Origin: Octopus vulgaris
Lineage: Eukaryota
Length of the DNA stretch: 64,000 bases
Direction: 5' to 3'
Assembly: GCA_951406725.2 (NCBI GenBank)
Contig: OX597816.1
Coordinates: forward strand, 32,984,001 to 33,048,000
The notes under the pieces are model-generated. The model ran no database searches. It saw only the letters and a list, made by a program, of their open reading frames with translations, and was not told where the DNA came from. Position 1 is the stretch's first letter, and each line of letters begins with the position of its first letter. Positions 39,676 through 53,163 of this stretch are shown here, piece by piece. The position numbers and the translations under genes were made by a program.

Positions 39676-42600
39676 CACAGTATCGTAGCATTTATAATGC
39701 AACAGTAATTCATTGCATCTCATTTACGTTTATTGTTCCTTGTTTTTCAGTGAAATGTACGGAAAATTACATTTGCACCATTACCAAGTAACAGAATCTT
39801 TGTGTTTACTGAAATGACGTTAATGGTGTTGTGACACATAAATATAGTAGTAATAAGACCTATGTTTCCTTTAAGACGTGTATAAATGCTGCAACTTGCA
39901 TCAGCTTCGAGGACAAATACAAAACATTATGTCTAACTTCCAAATTTGAATCGCACGAAACGCTTTTGTATTTTGAAAACGCCGTTGACTATGGGATTAA
40001 TAAAATTAAGAATAAGCTGTGCTCGTAAACGTCAACATTATGCATACAGTCAAGTTATATTACAACTTGGTACATTTTGTATATATATATACATATATTT
40101 ATTTATATTTATACCAATTTTACTTTGTTATATTGCAAAGACGAATCAGACATTTGGTCAGTTGAGTTCCGGCTACACGTGTTCAGATATAAAACTCAAA
40201 TATTTCAGTTCTCATCGTTCCCCATGTTTATCTTGTATATTTGCTACAAAATCCATCAGTTACGACAACAATCAAATGTAACAACGAATATATCTGTAGA
40301 CGATTGACTTCTAAATAATAACTTGCACTTTTTCTGAGAGTGTACTTACAATATTATGTTTATTAGGCAGTAGAGTGTAATTTTCAGCGGAATTTATGTA
40401 TTATTTCTATCGGAAGATTCAACAAGAAGAGGACCCTTTTTCTGGCATAACCCTGACATTGCCTTTTATATCACTCCATCCTCAAAACAAAGATAGGTAA
40501 TATTTATCTCCTGTTGCTTCTCCATAAATATGTCATTTTCCAAATATTGATATTTATAGCACACATCTAAAAATCATGTTTTGTGGGATTTTGCTTAAAA
40601 CATAGTTGAAAACTTCCTGTTGGATGACTCTCTCCGAGGGTTATTTATAGGTGTTTGTATAGCAAGTCTTTGATATATCGGCTATCTTTGTCCTGGAGAA
40701 ATATTGGGGTTATTCTGATGTCGCTGCTGGTGGTTGTGCATAAAATAATTAATATTCTACGCACGGTAGCGTGCTCCATGAAATACTTACAGGTGATGTT
40801 CATTGGAAATGTGTCTCGAACAGGTAGAGGTTTACTAGAAATAACAACTATATCTCCTTCATATCACATGATGAGGAAACACGTGAGATAAGGTCCACCA
40901 TGTGATATTAAGCCAAAAACTAATGAGATGAATCGCTCACAAAATGAATTACTTTGATTATAAATTCATTAGATCGGAGCTTGTAACAACAACAACAATT
41001 AGTGTACAGGGAGACTGTAACTCTTAAGTTCATCCCATGACATTCACATGATACCGGCCGCCATGACAATATGCAAATATATTACAATAGATTCGATACC
41101 TAACTCCATAAATTACTCACAAGAGGGGCAACGATGTGTTATTATCTCCAATTTCGTCTCTTGTAAGTTATAAGGATTTATATTTGTTCTTTAAATAAAC
41201 TAATAATTCGTATGTTCCTTTGGTTTCCTGAAAAGGCCACTGTAATCACAGATCAGCATTCAAACGTTTTAAGATTTATGATCTTTCGTGAAAAATATGG
41301 AACAGCAGCTTACTATTATATTCACACGATTTCGTTACGGCTTACTTCCCTAGTCACCTACTTTTCTGCGTTTAGCATTAAGGCACGAGACGTATCAAGC
41401 ACTTTAGTAAAGGAATAAGTCTGGAAATCATGCTGCCCTAACACACTAGTGGGACATTTTTCACTCGAGTGTCCTAACTTCCTTAATCACATGAGCATCT
41501 GCTGTTATTTGACCCATAACTTGGCTCTGAATACCTATTTGCATACCAAGCCAGCGTGAAACTGTGATAGGTGGTTATTATGGTGCCATTCTATATTCCT
41601 CCAAACCCCTAAGCTCCTGACTGCAGTTTAAGAGTTTTATGTATTATCTAGGACAATTTAGTCTGAATTTGATTTACAAAATTGTTAATGACATTAAAAA
41701 TTTATCTGCTGTTGTTTTTGTTGTTTAAAAGTAGGATCTAAAGAACTAGGCTCAGAAATTTACCAGACTTTTCCTCTTATCCTTCTCGAAATCAGAGACT
41801 TCAGGATAATTTACTCAGTTCTAGTATGTCGATCAATGGCCATCAAAGTTCTCACTAATAGGATTGTCAATCTCAATACAAGAATATCAATAGAACATTC
41901 ATGCAATTTTTTAATGAATTACGCAAGTATTTCTTTTTGCACTAGGTGGGAGCACTGAAATCCCTGTTCGAAAATATAAGGACACAGATATTGTGTTGTA
42001 CAGCCAGCTACTAACGATGTTTCTTGGGGCTAAAACAATAACATCGTCCCTTACAGGCAGCCATATTAAGTTGTCAAACAGCCTTTACTTTAAAGAACTG
42101 TTACTGAATAACTCTGTTTGAGAGAGTTAGAAACAATAATATTTCTATATTTGTATATTATTACGAACATAGACAGTCTATCGATATATTTGATGGGGAT
42201 GTTTAGAAAATTATAAACAGAGTAGTGTTTCAGTGGTTCTTTGTGTCATAGGCTTCTAAAATATACAAATGCACATTTATTTCGGTAGGCATTTGAATAC
42301 AAAACTAAAAAAGGCTGCAACAAATATTGCAAGTCGTATTCACAGACACTCTGAAGATTCGGTTAAACCAACACCGATAAAATAGTAATATTGACGGTTA
42401 TAAATTTTCAAAGTAGGGCAGGATTTTCGGGGAATTTAAATTATAAACAATAATTATAGACAGCAAATTATACACAAAGTATTGTAATAACGAGTTAGGT
42501 ACATATTTTAAAGCGAGATGAGCGAAAATTCCCTATGTGCGTAAAGGAAATCACACAATCATGATCAAGGTTTATCCTGTTATTCATATGGCATCATTTT

Positions 42601-44082
42601 TCGCTCGTACTGTATCTTGATTACATTCGTCAGCATCAGCTTCCCCTGAAGAGACGGTGAATTATGATTTGAGGAAAATTTTGCTGACATTTCTAGGAAG
42701 TCGAGTGAATACATGGAGAGAACCCTTCGTTGACTTGTCAGAATCTTATAAACAATTCGCCGACAACGAGTGATACATAGATGTGAGTAATAGGTCTAAC
42801 AATGGAATGTCAAATCTATAACATTATTATGTATTAATTATGGTTTATTTTTATGCAGCTAACCTAAGCTTTTGATAAGATAACCACCGGCCAAAAGTAA
42901 GTAAAGGGTTCGACAAGAACGATAACACCCATGATAACGATGCTCCGGCATCAGCCCATTCGAATAAAAAAGATGAACAGAAAAAGATGAACAGCAAAAG
43001 ATGAAAGAAAATGTTTGGATTCTTAACAGTGCAGTCATAATATTATAATAAAAGGTGAGAATGACGCCAGTATTTACTTCTCTTGCTTTAATGAATATTT
43101 TAAAGTTAAGCGATTCTAGTCTCTGTATTTCATGGGTGTTATCGATAAATATACAGTGCCCTCAATTACTGCTTCATCATCTGGTTCCTGCCGTTGGAAA
43201 CTGGTTTAGGATCCACATCCAGGATTATGTTTCCTCAACTGGGGTAATTAAGCTCAGTCTCTGATGTGATCAGAGATAGAGAGGGAATCCTCAAATAAAT
43301 TCAAAGATTGTTTTTAGAACTTTCAAACTCAACATTCCTACAGCAGCTCTTATACACACACATAAGCCTAACATTTCTGCATCTTACTGGATCATACAAG
43401 CGAGGTTGAGAGAAGGTTTCTGGTGTCTGACTTGTAACACACTTAATACATGAAAGAAGATAGATGCAAGGTGTACCAGTTACGTACTGAGGTTCATGTC
43501 AATTATTTGTCTTTTTGTGTTTTATTGCAAGGAATCATATAACAGGATAACATTGTCGAACGGATGTTTGGCTTGTTGTCATCATATGTCCATAACATTT
43601 TGACAAGTCTAACTACAGAGTCATGTTAAAACCAATGACTGTTGGACAGCAAACAAAAAGAAATCCCAAATGTCAGAAAATTATTTTCTTATGATATTTT
43701 TCAGTGAATTAGAAATAAAAGAAAAATACATTACACAATATATTAAAATATATATAATATACAAAATACAAAAATACATTAAAAATAGCTCATCTATCAA
43801 TGTTCGTTTCGTATACGACATCTTCACAATTGGTTTCGGCTGTTAGGCTGACATTTGATGCTCTTTGGAAAAACGCTAGCGAACTCTGGATGAATGAAAA
43901 TAATTTTGATTTTGACAGCATACCAATTTGTCTTTTTTTACTTTTTATTCTCAGATTTTTTTTTTTCTTGTTCTCTTTGATTCTTGACTAAGTTTGTTAG
44001 TAATGAATTAAAGATAAAATTATATAGGAAAGCAAATCAAAACAGAAACTTCAAAATGTATTTTGAATGACAAATATATCTT

Positions 44083-44116
<34 letters not shown>

Positions 44117-44423
44117 GCACACACACATGCACACACACACAAACACACACACACAAACACACACACACACACACACTTGTTGGTTCATGAATGTTAACTA
44201 AAGGTTGGTTATCAAGATCATCGAATTAATACAAGCACAGCAAGCAAAAGCCTACAAGCAAATCAAGTCTAAGTTAAAGTACACATTCACATCGTATACA
44301 TACATGCATGCATACATACATACATACATACATACACAAATACATATATACATACATACATACATACATACATACATACATACATACATACATACATACA
44401 TACATACATACATACATACATCG

Positions 44424-44802
44424 TAGCAGTCTGTCGGTTACGGCGACGAGGGTTCCAGTTGATTCAATCACCAGACCAGCCTGCTCGTGAAATTAACGTG
44501 CAAGTGGCTGAGCACTCCACAGACAAGTGTAACCTTAAAGTAGATCTTGGGGAGATTCAGCGTGACGTAGAGTGCGACAAGGCTGGCCCCTTGAAATACA
44601 GGTACAACAGACACAGAAAGAAAGACTGAGAAACAGTTGTGGCGAAAGAGCACAGCAGCGTTCGCCACCACCCCCTGTCGGAGCCACATGAAGCTTTTTG
44701 GCCTGTTTTCTCAATAAACAATCAAAACGCCTGGCCTGGGGATCGAAACCGCGATCCTACGACTGCGAGTCCGCTGCCCTATCCAGTGAGCCAATGCTCC
44801 TC
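44424..44802 (-). mobile_element. tRNA-derived SINE, possibly a composite of two
   Basis: Minus head TGGCTCACTGGATAGGGCAGCGG...GGTTTCGATCCC; 44424-44610 resembles a cephalopod SINE body. Confidence 0.7.
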
Positions 44803-44899
44803 CATTCATACATACATACGTACGTGCATATCGACACGCCCGAAAACACATACACGCAAACACATAGTATACCTATATATATATTTATACATATTTATA

Positions 44900-45262
44900 T
44901 AACAGAAATGTTTCTTAGTTTAATATAATTATTTACATTTTACTGATATTTAATGTAAATGATGTACACAATTCCTCATCTCTTAAATATAGAAACGTAT
45001 TATCTAATCGGTACGAAGGCGACATTAGACTTCAATGAAGATATATAGAGAAACTTTATCATAAACTAGCTCGTCTTTCAAACCATCTAACTTTCCTGTG
45101 TAGATGTAGAGAATAACATCGAAAAATACTTTAGGAATGGGAACCCAGGATCGAAACTTCCCCAAGACATCTAATGAAGGCTGGAGGGTATATCAGCCGA
45201 AACGTTGTGTTGACAACAAACGAGATGTGAAGAAGTATTCGTCAAATGTAAATAATGTAAAG
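44900..45262 (+). mobile_element. Degraded Penelope-like non-coding element with short inverted ends
   Basis: ATTATTTACATTT (44928-44940) is inverted at 45244-45256; contains an HHR motif. Confidence 0.55.
45166..45210 (+). ncRNA. Minimal type I hammerhead with G5A change (CUAAUGA)
   Basis: acat-CTAATGA-a-ggctg-gagggtatat-cagcc-GAAAC-GTT-gtgt. Confidence 0.65.
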
Positions 45263-46027
45263 AAAGCCGACGAAGTTTTGAATCTTTCCTTTTCCAGTGG
45301 TTTTAATTGTAAAGTATAGTAATATCCATTCCATACGTAGCAATTTGCTTATAACTTTGTTTAGACAGAGTACACAATTTATAACCCAAATTCATTTTAT
45401 TATCGTCACACATTTATTTCGTTTTCCAGTTATAGTGTAAAAAGACGACGTTATAAAACGCAGTTTCCTTTATTCTCAAAGGATATCGATCGATTTTGTT
45501 GCTATTATTGGCAGGTCGATTGACGACGCGGATATATTTGCCTCTGCTCCTTATGACCAGAAATATATTCTAAATTTTGCTGAAGGTAACCACCGATACA
45601 GCACAGCAATGGTTAAATCCAATTTTAGGCTTAACATTTCCTCCTATATTATATATACTTTCAGATGTACCCGGTAATTCCGGGGAAATCGAGGCTTATC
45701 CTTTGGTTCCATTCTCATAATTATTTCGTTATTCGAATAACAACAATACGAAGTATGTTGCCCTAAAAATAGTCTTTGGGCATTTACAGAGAATACCACA
45801 CTGTCTTACACAGGATCATGTTTTTAGAAATTCCCAGTAAGTTATGAACTCCCAAATTGTTTAGTTAGTTATGTAATAACCTGTAGTTTGTTATCTGATA
45901 GTGCGGATTCAAAAAAGTAACCTCGAAAAGGGTTGTAATGCGTTCGTAGAGTATAAAAACTTAGGAGGAAGTAGTAATAAGGTAGGCTAAAATTGTGAAG
46001 TATGTTACGTAAGAACAAGCAAGTCAG

Positions 46028-46995
46028 AATTTCTCACATATGTAGTAGATCTGCATATATAGACTATCAACGATTACATTATCCCGTGTTCTTCTTTTTT
46101 CTGTGGTAGCATAACTGTAACATATTTCTGTTTTGCCCACAAGGGGCTAAACGTAGAGGAGACAATCAAGGACAGATAAAGGGTTAAAATCGATTACATC
46201 GACCCCAGTGCGTAACTAGTACTTAATTTATCGACCTCGAATAGATAAAAGTCAGATATGAGATAATAACAATTCAAAGTAGATAACTCTTAAAAAGCCT
46301 TTTGTGCGTTCCCAGAGAATATAACCCTCAACGGCGCTAATGTTGGTATATTCGTGAATAAGTCACTAACCGAAATAAGTGGATCTATTGTTTAGGAATA
46401 TACTAGTTACATTTTAAGGTTGCACTGGATAAATTGCGAACATAACTTTAATAGTTCGAAGAATAACACATAAGCATACTCAATTTCATTTATACTAAAT
46501 AATTTAGGAATTTAAATGGGTTATTTCCCTTGGCTATATATAATGATTTCTTTCCGGGGTGAGTAGGTTATTTCCATTGAATGTTTAAATAAAATATATT
46601 AGTTATATATAAGGATCCCTTCCAGAGGCACTATTATCGAATTTTTTTCAACAGTCTGTATATGCCATGAGGTTTCGATACACGAGGTCTACTCAGGTGT
46701 CAAGTTTCATCAAAATCGATAAGACGATGTAGGAGGAGTTAGCTAACAACTCCATAAAACACCCACAGACAAAATTTCCTACATATTTAGTAGATTTGCA
46801 TATATAGACTATCAGAGACTACATGATCCTGTGCTCTTTCTTTTCTCTGGCAGCATAACTGTAACATATTTCTTTATTGCCCACAAGGGGCTAAACGTAG
46901 AGGAAACAAACTAGGACAGATAAAGGGATTAAGTCGATTACATCGACCCCAGTGCGTATCTGGTACTTAATTTATCGACCCCGAAAAGATGAAAA
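46028..46995 (+). repeat. Local direct duplication (about 46028-46250 / 46772-46995) including a SINE end
   Basis: AGTAGAT.TGCATATATAGACTATCA...GCATAACTGTAACATATTTCT...GCCCACAAGGGGCTAAACGTAGAGG is shared. Confidence 0.8.
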
Positions 46996-47203
46996 GCCCA
47001 GATGAAAAAATACCTCGGCGGAATTTGAACTCAGAACGTAGCGGCAGACGAAACACTTACTTCATTACTACCCACAAGTGGCTAAACACAGTGGGGAAAA
47101 ACAAGGACAGAAAAACCGATTAAGTCGATAATATATAACTGCAGACGAAACACTGCCAAGCATTTCGCCCGGCGTGCTAACGTTTCTGCCAGCTCGCCGC
47201 CTT
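46868..47203 (-). mobile_element. SINE (family of 20722) with a nested partial copy
   Basis: Reverse match from head AAGGCGGCGAGCTGG at 47203 to the tail. Confidence 0.8.
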
Positions 47204-47391
47204 ACCATAACTGTACCATAAGGGAGATCTGTCTATATCAGATAATCTATAGATAGGTTTTACAAGGAACGAGGCATGAATACTGTTACATTGTACATGT
47301 ACAAACGCACAAATACGCTCACACATAAATATATACATAGTATACACGTGCACACACGCACGCACACTCTCACACACATACACACACATAC

Positions 47392-47943
47392 ACAAAGACA
47401 AAAAGATCGAAGCAATAAATTTCCTTTGATTCGAACCCCTGTATTCTTTATATATTACTAGCGGAATATCTTTTAAATTTATAAAGCCAAATCGGTCAGC
47501 CAAATACATATTCCCTTCTTAACTTTATGAAAAGATATATATGACATTCTGTTTTATCTTAGAATATTCTAGAAAATAATAGTTCTTACCGGTGATATAT
47601 TGATGGCTAAAACATGATTAGATACATACACCGAGAGTGTGTATCTGTTTTATTGTTCTCTTCCTTCACAAAATATTAAATGCGATGCTAAATTATTTGT
47701 ATAATATACGTTGTCATAGTTTAAAAGAAACGAGAAACATATAAGGCTTCGGTCATGTGAGTGTACAGGAACAACATCAATCATATTATATGTCTATATA
47801 GATGAAACTGTTGGTCCGGTTTACTCTGTTAGATATATTTATGTATAGCCATCAGATATATCCGCGTCATGGGTTTTCTCATTTTTTTTTTATTTCCACG
47901 CTATACTCAGTAATAAAATGTAAGCTCCGTGAATATACCAATG

Positions 47944-47983
<40 letters not shown>

Positions 47984-49425
47984 ACAGCACTAGCTGTTGT
48001 AACCACAGCAATATTTTTATGTGCTTCAAAGGTGCCTTTCATATCTACTATAGAAAATATAACGTAAGCATAGTTCTTAGAGATGTGAAGACAAATGCAG
48101 AAATACAGAGAAAAACAAAGAGGGGATAAAGACGTTACACGTTCAATCAATAACTGGATATTTACAAATATAAGTGTGATGTAAATTAAACGAGGAATAA
48201 ATAGATAATTATATAAAAAATACTGAATGAAAAAGGGTAATAACGAGAATATTGCTGGAGTTATGCACACACAGGCTGATGAAAACTCACCTGTTAAGCT
48301 GGTCTAGAGCGCTGTCACATTAGCCTACCACTTCTAATGTAACCGAGTATGATTGTGAAGACTTTTGGGACAGACCATACCACAAAACCTACACAAAATA
48401 CTAATGCAGTTTTTCACTTGCAGAAACTCCCAATGCTTTTGATGTCCTCCACTTCCTCGATTACTTTATTCGGATCTTCTCGGTTTGAACGGCTGTTTTT
48501 AACATAATTTCTAGATAGCTAAAAAAATTTCAAACTTCGTATACTGGTAGAATGTGTTCATAAAACATATTTTTCTCTTGGCTTTATTGAGAAAATTCTA
48601 TAGTTTGTAAGATATTTGCTGTTTTTTTTCTGCAATTTCTGCAATTTCAACCAATTAGTGACGTCCATTGAGGTAAAAAACATTCTGTGCCATATGAATA
48701 TGTCCCTCGTTTAAGAAACAGATTGGATTTATTTACATTTGTGAAGAAAAAAAAAGATACCCTTCCTCCCACCCCTAACCCTAACCCTAAAACAGATTGA
48801 AATGCAATAGATCGATACTAGAGTCATAATTATGGGTGACAATTTCATATGACACCGCTAGAAAAAACTGCCGTTCAAACCGAAAAGATACCTTTATTCC
48901 AGCTCTCTTGCTCTTCTTTCACTTCCCCCAGTTGTTCAATTTGTTATTTGCTGTGGGAAGATCTTTTAACATCAGCGTGGTATGCTCCTCTTATTTTTGC
49001 ATAACGTCTCTGCAACAAAAGAACATTTGGGAGTTTGGTTGTGGTGAGGCTTTACATATTATTTAGGAAGGCTAGACGTACCTTATATTTCATAATTTTC
49101 ATAAAACAGATTGAGATAATTTCATTACACCCTGCCTAAAAATGTGATACTTTGTGCAATCGGGAAAAACAAGGCCTCTGGAAGCGGTCCGTCAACATCG
49201 GTATTAGTTTGGTAAAATTTGTTACCTTCTTACATCTCTGGAGCGTTTATGACACTTGCAGTAATTCCAAAACGTTTTACTCTGGTCGCTCACCACAAAT
49301 CCTTCACATTTCAAAACAAGTGAAAAGTACTGTAATTAATGGGTAGGTGAAATATTTTCTAGCTTCTGAGAGAACAAGTGAGATTTAAAACCCGTCTTAT
49401 TGTCGTTGGTTATGATGTGTTCATG

Positions 49426-49492
<67 letters not shown>

Positions 49493-49682
49493 CTCTCATT
49501 TCCCCCTCTCATTCTCTCTGCCTTTCTGCTTCTTGAGACCAGAAAACCTTCAAGTACATCCTACTGACATCCTACTGACCGATTTGGCTTTATAAATTTA
49601 AAAGATATTCCGCTAGTAATATATAAAGAATACATGAGTTCGAATCACGGGAAATGTATTGACTCGATCTTCTTGTCTTTGT
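47392..49682. repeat. Dispersed inverted repeat pair, about 108 bp (47392-47499 / 49575-49682)
   Basis: CTGACCGATTTGGCTTTATAAATTTAAAAGATATTCCGCTAGTAATATATAAAGAATACA is present in opposite orientations. Confidence 0.85.
48472..48891. mobile_element. MITE (second copy) with perfect 8-bp TSD CTTTATTC and three CCCTAA units
   Basis: TIR GGATCTTCTCGGTTTGAACGGCTGTTTTT vs AAAAACTGCCGTTCAAACCGAAAAGATAC; TSD at 48464-48471 and 48892-48899. Confidence 0.9.
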
Positions 49683-50359
49683 ATAAGTGTATAAGTCGGT
49701 TTGCTTTCTCAGTACCTTCCACATCATCGCTCTTGTTTCTATATGTAGCACGTGTCACTATTCAGCACTAGTCCTATGAATTCCAGGACCTGTTCGAAGT
49801 CCTAAAATTGGTAGTTTCTGCATTTACACACTCTCGGTATTATACTACAAACAGGACTATAAACAAAACATCAATATAATTAACAATACCGTTAATTGTC
49901 GGCCCAGCATCGCAATAGCACACGCATTGGAATATTAGGCTGTGCACTCGCAACTATATATGTTTGTTGATTCACCACACCGTCCGTCTGGAACATGATT
50001 GAGGTGCCAACATGCGATTTTCCTTCCTGATAAATAAGTCATATGCTATTCAACTGCTCCTTTGAGTTCCCAACGGAAAACTTAATCTCACTCTTGGCAA
50101 GGCATATATAATCCATTTCTGTCCTTTCCTGTAACTGGAAATATTCCTCAAGCTTGTAGAAATCACCTGTTGTGAATGACAACTCCGATGTATTATTATT
50201 ATTATTGTTGTTGTTGTTGTTGTTGTTATTATTAATATTATTATTATTATTATTGTTATTGTTGTTGTTATTATTATTATTATTATCGTTATTGTTATTG
50301 TTATTATTATTATTACTATTATTGTTATTCTCATTATTATTATTACTATTATTATTATT

Positions 50360-50427
50360 GAGTGAGAGAGCAGTGCATGCCATCAAAGTGACACTGGGGT
50401 AAAATATACGCGAAGCCCAATATACCC
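50360..50427 (-). mobile_element. About 70-bp stub between (TAA)n tracts, probably the 3' end of another Dong family
   Basis: Unique block bracketed by TAA repeats on the same strand as the neighbouring RLE element. Confidence 0.45.
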
Positions 50428-50448
50428 ATTATTATTATTATTATTATT

Positions 50449-51342
50449 ACTTTTTTTTTTCTTCTTTCAAATTTTCTTCCATTTCTTGCAGAGTGTCTTC
50501 CCGACTCCTAGGGCAAAGAAACTCATAGTATACATTGGTAGGCCATTAAACCAAACTCAATAGTTCGTTCATTTTCTTTTTTTTTTTTAAGTTAAATTAA
50601 AATACATGAGCAGCAACAGTTCTCACATCGACAATGCTCTTCTCAATACGTGTGATGTACCAGTTAAGACAATCTTTTGCACTTCTTGCAGGGATGGTAA
50701 GCCAGGGATCATTCTCATATAATTTTCGGTTCCCTTCTTGATCATTCCTAGTGCTCCTACGATCACTGGTATTGTAACCGCCTTGAGATGCCACATTTTC
50801 TCAATTTCAATGAGTAGGTCTTTATATTTTCTGAGCTTGTCAAACTCTTTCGCCGAGATATTATGATCACAGGGGATGCTCATGTCGATCAATAAGCAAA
50901 CTTTATTGTTTTGGTCTTTCACAACAATATCTGGTTTATTGGCCTTGATGGTTCGGTCTGTATGTATTGGAAAGTCCCACAGAATGGTTACATTTTCTCC
51001 TTCAGTTACAGCCTCAGGGTGGTGATTATACCACTTGTCGGCAGTTTTGATATTGTAATGCCGACTTATTAGCCAGTGTAGATATTGGCCAACTCTGTCA
51101 TGTCTTAATTTATACTCCACTGGAGCTAAGACTTTACATCCAGAGATTAGGTGGTCCACTGTTTCAATCATGTTGTTGCAGAATCGGCATTTTGGGTCTG
51201 CTCCATTTTTCATCACATTGGCCTGGTAGTTCCGGGTTAATAGGCTTTGATCTTGAGCAGCCAGGATGAAACCTTCGCTCTCTGCTTTTAGCCCTGAGCT
51301 TCGTAGCCACTGATGGGTTTGCTTCTGGTCAACATCAGCTTG
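50449..51342 (-). mobile_element. 5'-truncated R4/Dong element (family A) with intact RLE domain
   Basis: ORF 50623-51216: CRFCNNMIETVDHLISGC, RHD, ANKPDIVV...IDMSIP...KYKDL; (TAA)n on both sides. Confidence 0.95.
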
Positions 51343-52220
51343 TTATCATTATTATTGTTATTATTATTATTATTGTTATTATTATTATTATTGTTGTTAT
51401 TATTATTGTTGTTATTATTATTGTTGTTGTTGTTATTATTACTATTATTATTATTGTTGTTATTGTTATTATTATTATTATTATTATCATTATTATTGTT
51501 ATTATTATTATTACTATTATTATTGTTATTATTGTTGTTGTTGTTGTTGTTGTTGTCGTTGTTGTTGTTATCTGTTGCATATTATATATCTCCAGAAAGT
51601 GTTCTTGAACAATAAATGTTCGTAAAAGTGATTAAAAAAAAAACAATTATATTTATTCTCGACAAAATCTGTTGTAAGCATTGTTGTTATTTTAGTTGTA
51701 ATTGTTGTAAATGCGGTTAGTGCTGCTGCTGCTGCTGCTGCGATTGTTTGTGTGTGGGGGGGAGGATGCTGTTTGCTGTGAATGCACAAATCAATTTTGT
51801 GACCGTCCTTTGTAACGTTAGTTTTTGCCTCCGTATGTGTCTGTTTGTTCTGGATTGTTAGGTTTATTATTTATTTCTATTAATTTCTTTTTCTAATTTT
51901 GCAAGAAAATATTTTGTGTAGAAATTTGTTTACGTTGACGCATCAACAGCAATGGCGAAGACTGCTTCCCGCTAACTCAAAAACAAATAAACACGGTGAA
52001 AAAATAGCTAACCGAAAAAAAAAATTATAAAAATATTTTCGAAAAATATGTATTCTGCCTAAAGAGAACAGAAAAGAAATTGAAAACAAACAACTCACCG
52101 CTCTTTGTGATAATTCCGAGTATTACGAGGCAGAAATAATCAACCAATTTTAGAAACAATGAACAAAATAGAAAGAAAAAGCAGGAACACACACAGTATG
52201 GGGTACGCAGGATGATATCA

Positions 52221-52277
<57 letters not shown>

Positions 52278-52278
<1 letters not shown>

Positions 52279-52939
52279 TATGTGGAGATGGACAAGAAAC
52301 CTTAAATCATATTATCTCTAGCTGCCCAGTCCTGGCTAAGAAGGAATATATTCACAGACATGACAGAGTTGGAACCTACATACATTGGAAGCTATGCCAA
52401 CATCATGGAATAACAACAGAAAAAAGATGGTATAGGCACACACCAGAAAAGGTCACAGAAAACGAGAAAGCAACCATACTCTGGGATATGCCGATACACA
52501 CAGATAGAGAAATTAAGGCCAACAGACCAGATATAGTTGTCAGAGACCATGAAGAAAAAAATGCTTTCTAATTGATGTATCAATACCGGCAGATGACAAC
52601 GTGTCTCTAAAAGAAATGGAGAAACTCTCAAAATACAAAGACCTGGAAATAGAGGTAACTAGAATGTGGAATCTGAAAACAGAAACAATTCCTATCATAG
52701 TAGGTGCATTAGGCATGATAAAAAAATATTCAGACAAATACATAACAAAAAACACCAGGACTTACAAACACATATAACATACAGAAAATTGCACTGCTAG
52801 GCACTGCACACATCCTACGCAGAACACTTTCCATACAATAACAATCAGAGCATCACAACAGATCACAGCACATACCCAAGGCACACAGAGCTGCGCTCGG
52901 TAGTGAAGTGAAAGCACGCTCTATAAATAAAACTACTGA
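52278..52939 (+). mobile_element. 5'-truncated R4/Dong element (family B, copy 1, frameshifted)
   Basis: Near-identical to 53490-54156; TAA flanks. Confidence 0.95.
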
Positions 52940-52970
52940 ATAATAATGATAATAATAATAATAATATCAG

Positions 52971-53065
<95 letters not shown>

Positions 53066-53163
53066 GTGATGATAATAATAATAATAATAATACTATCAGT
53101 AATAATAATAATTATAATAATAATAATAATAATAATATCAGTAATAATAATAATAATAATAAT

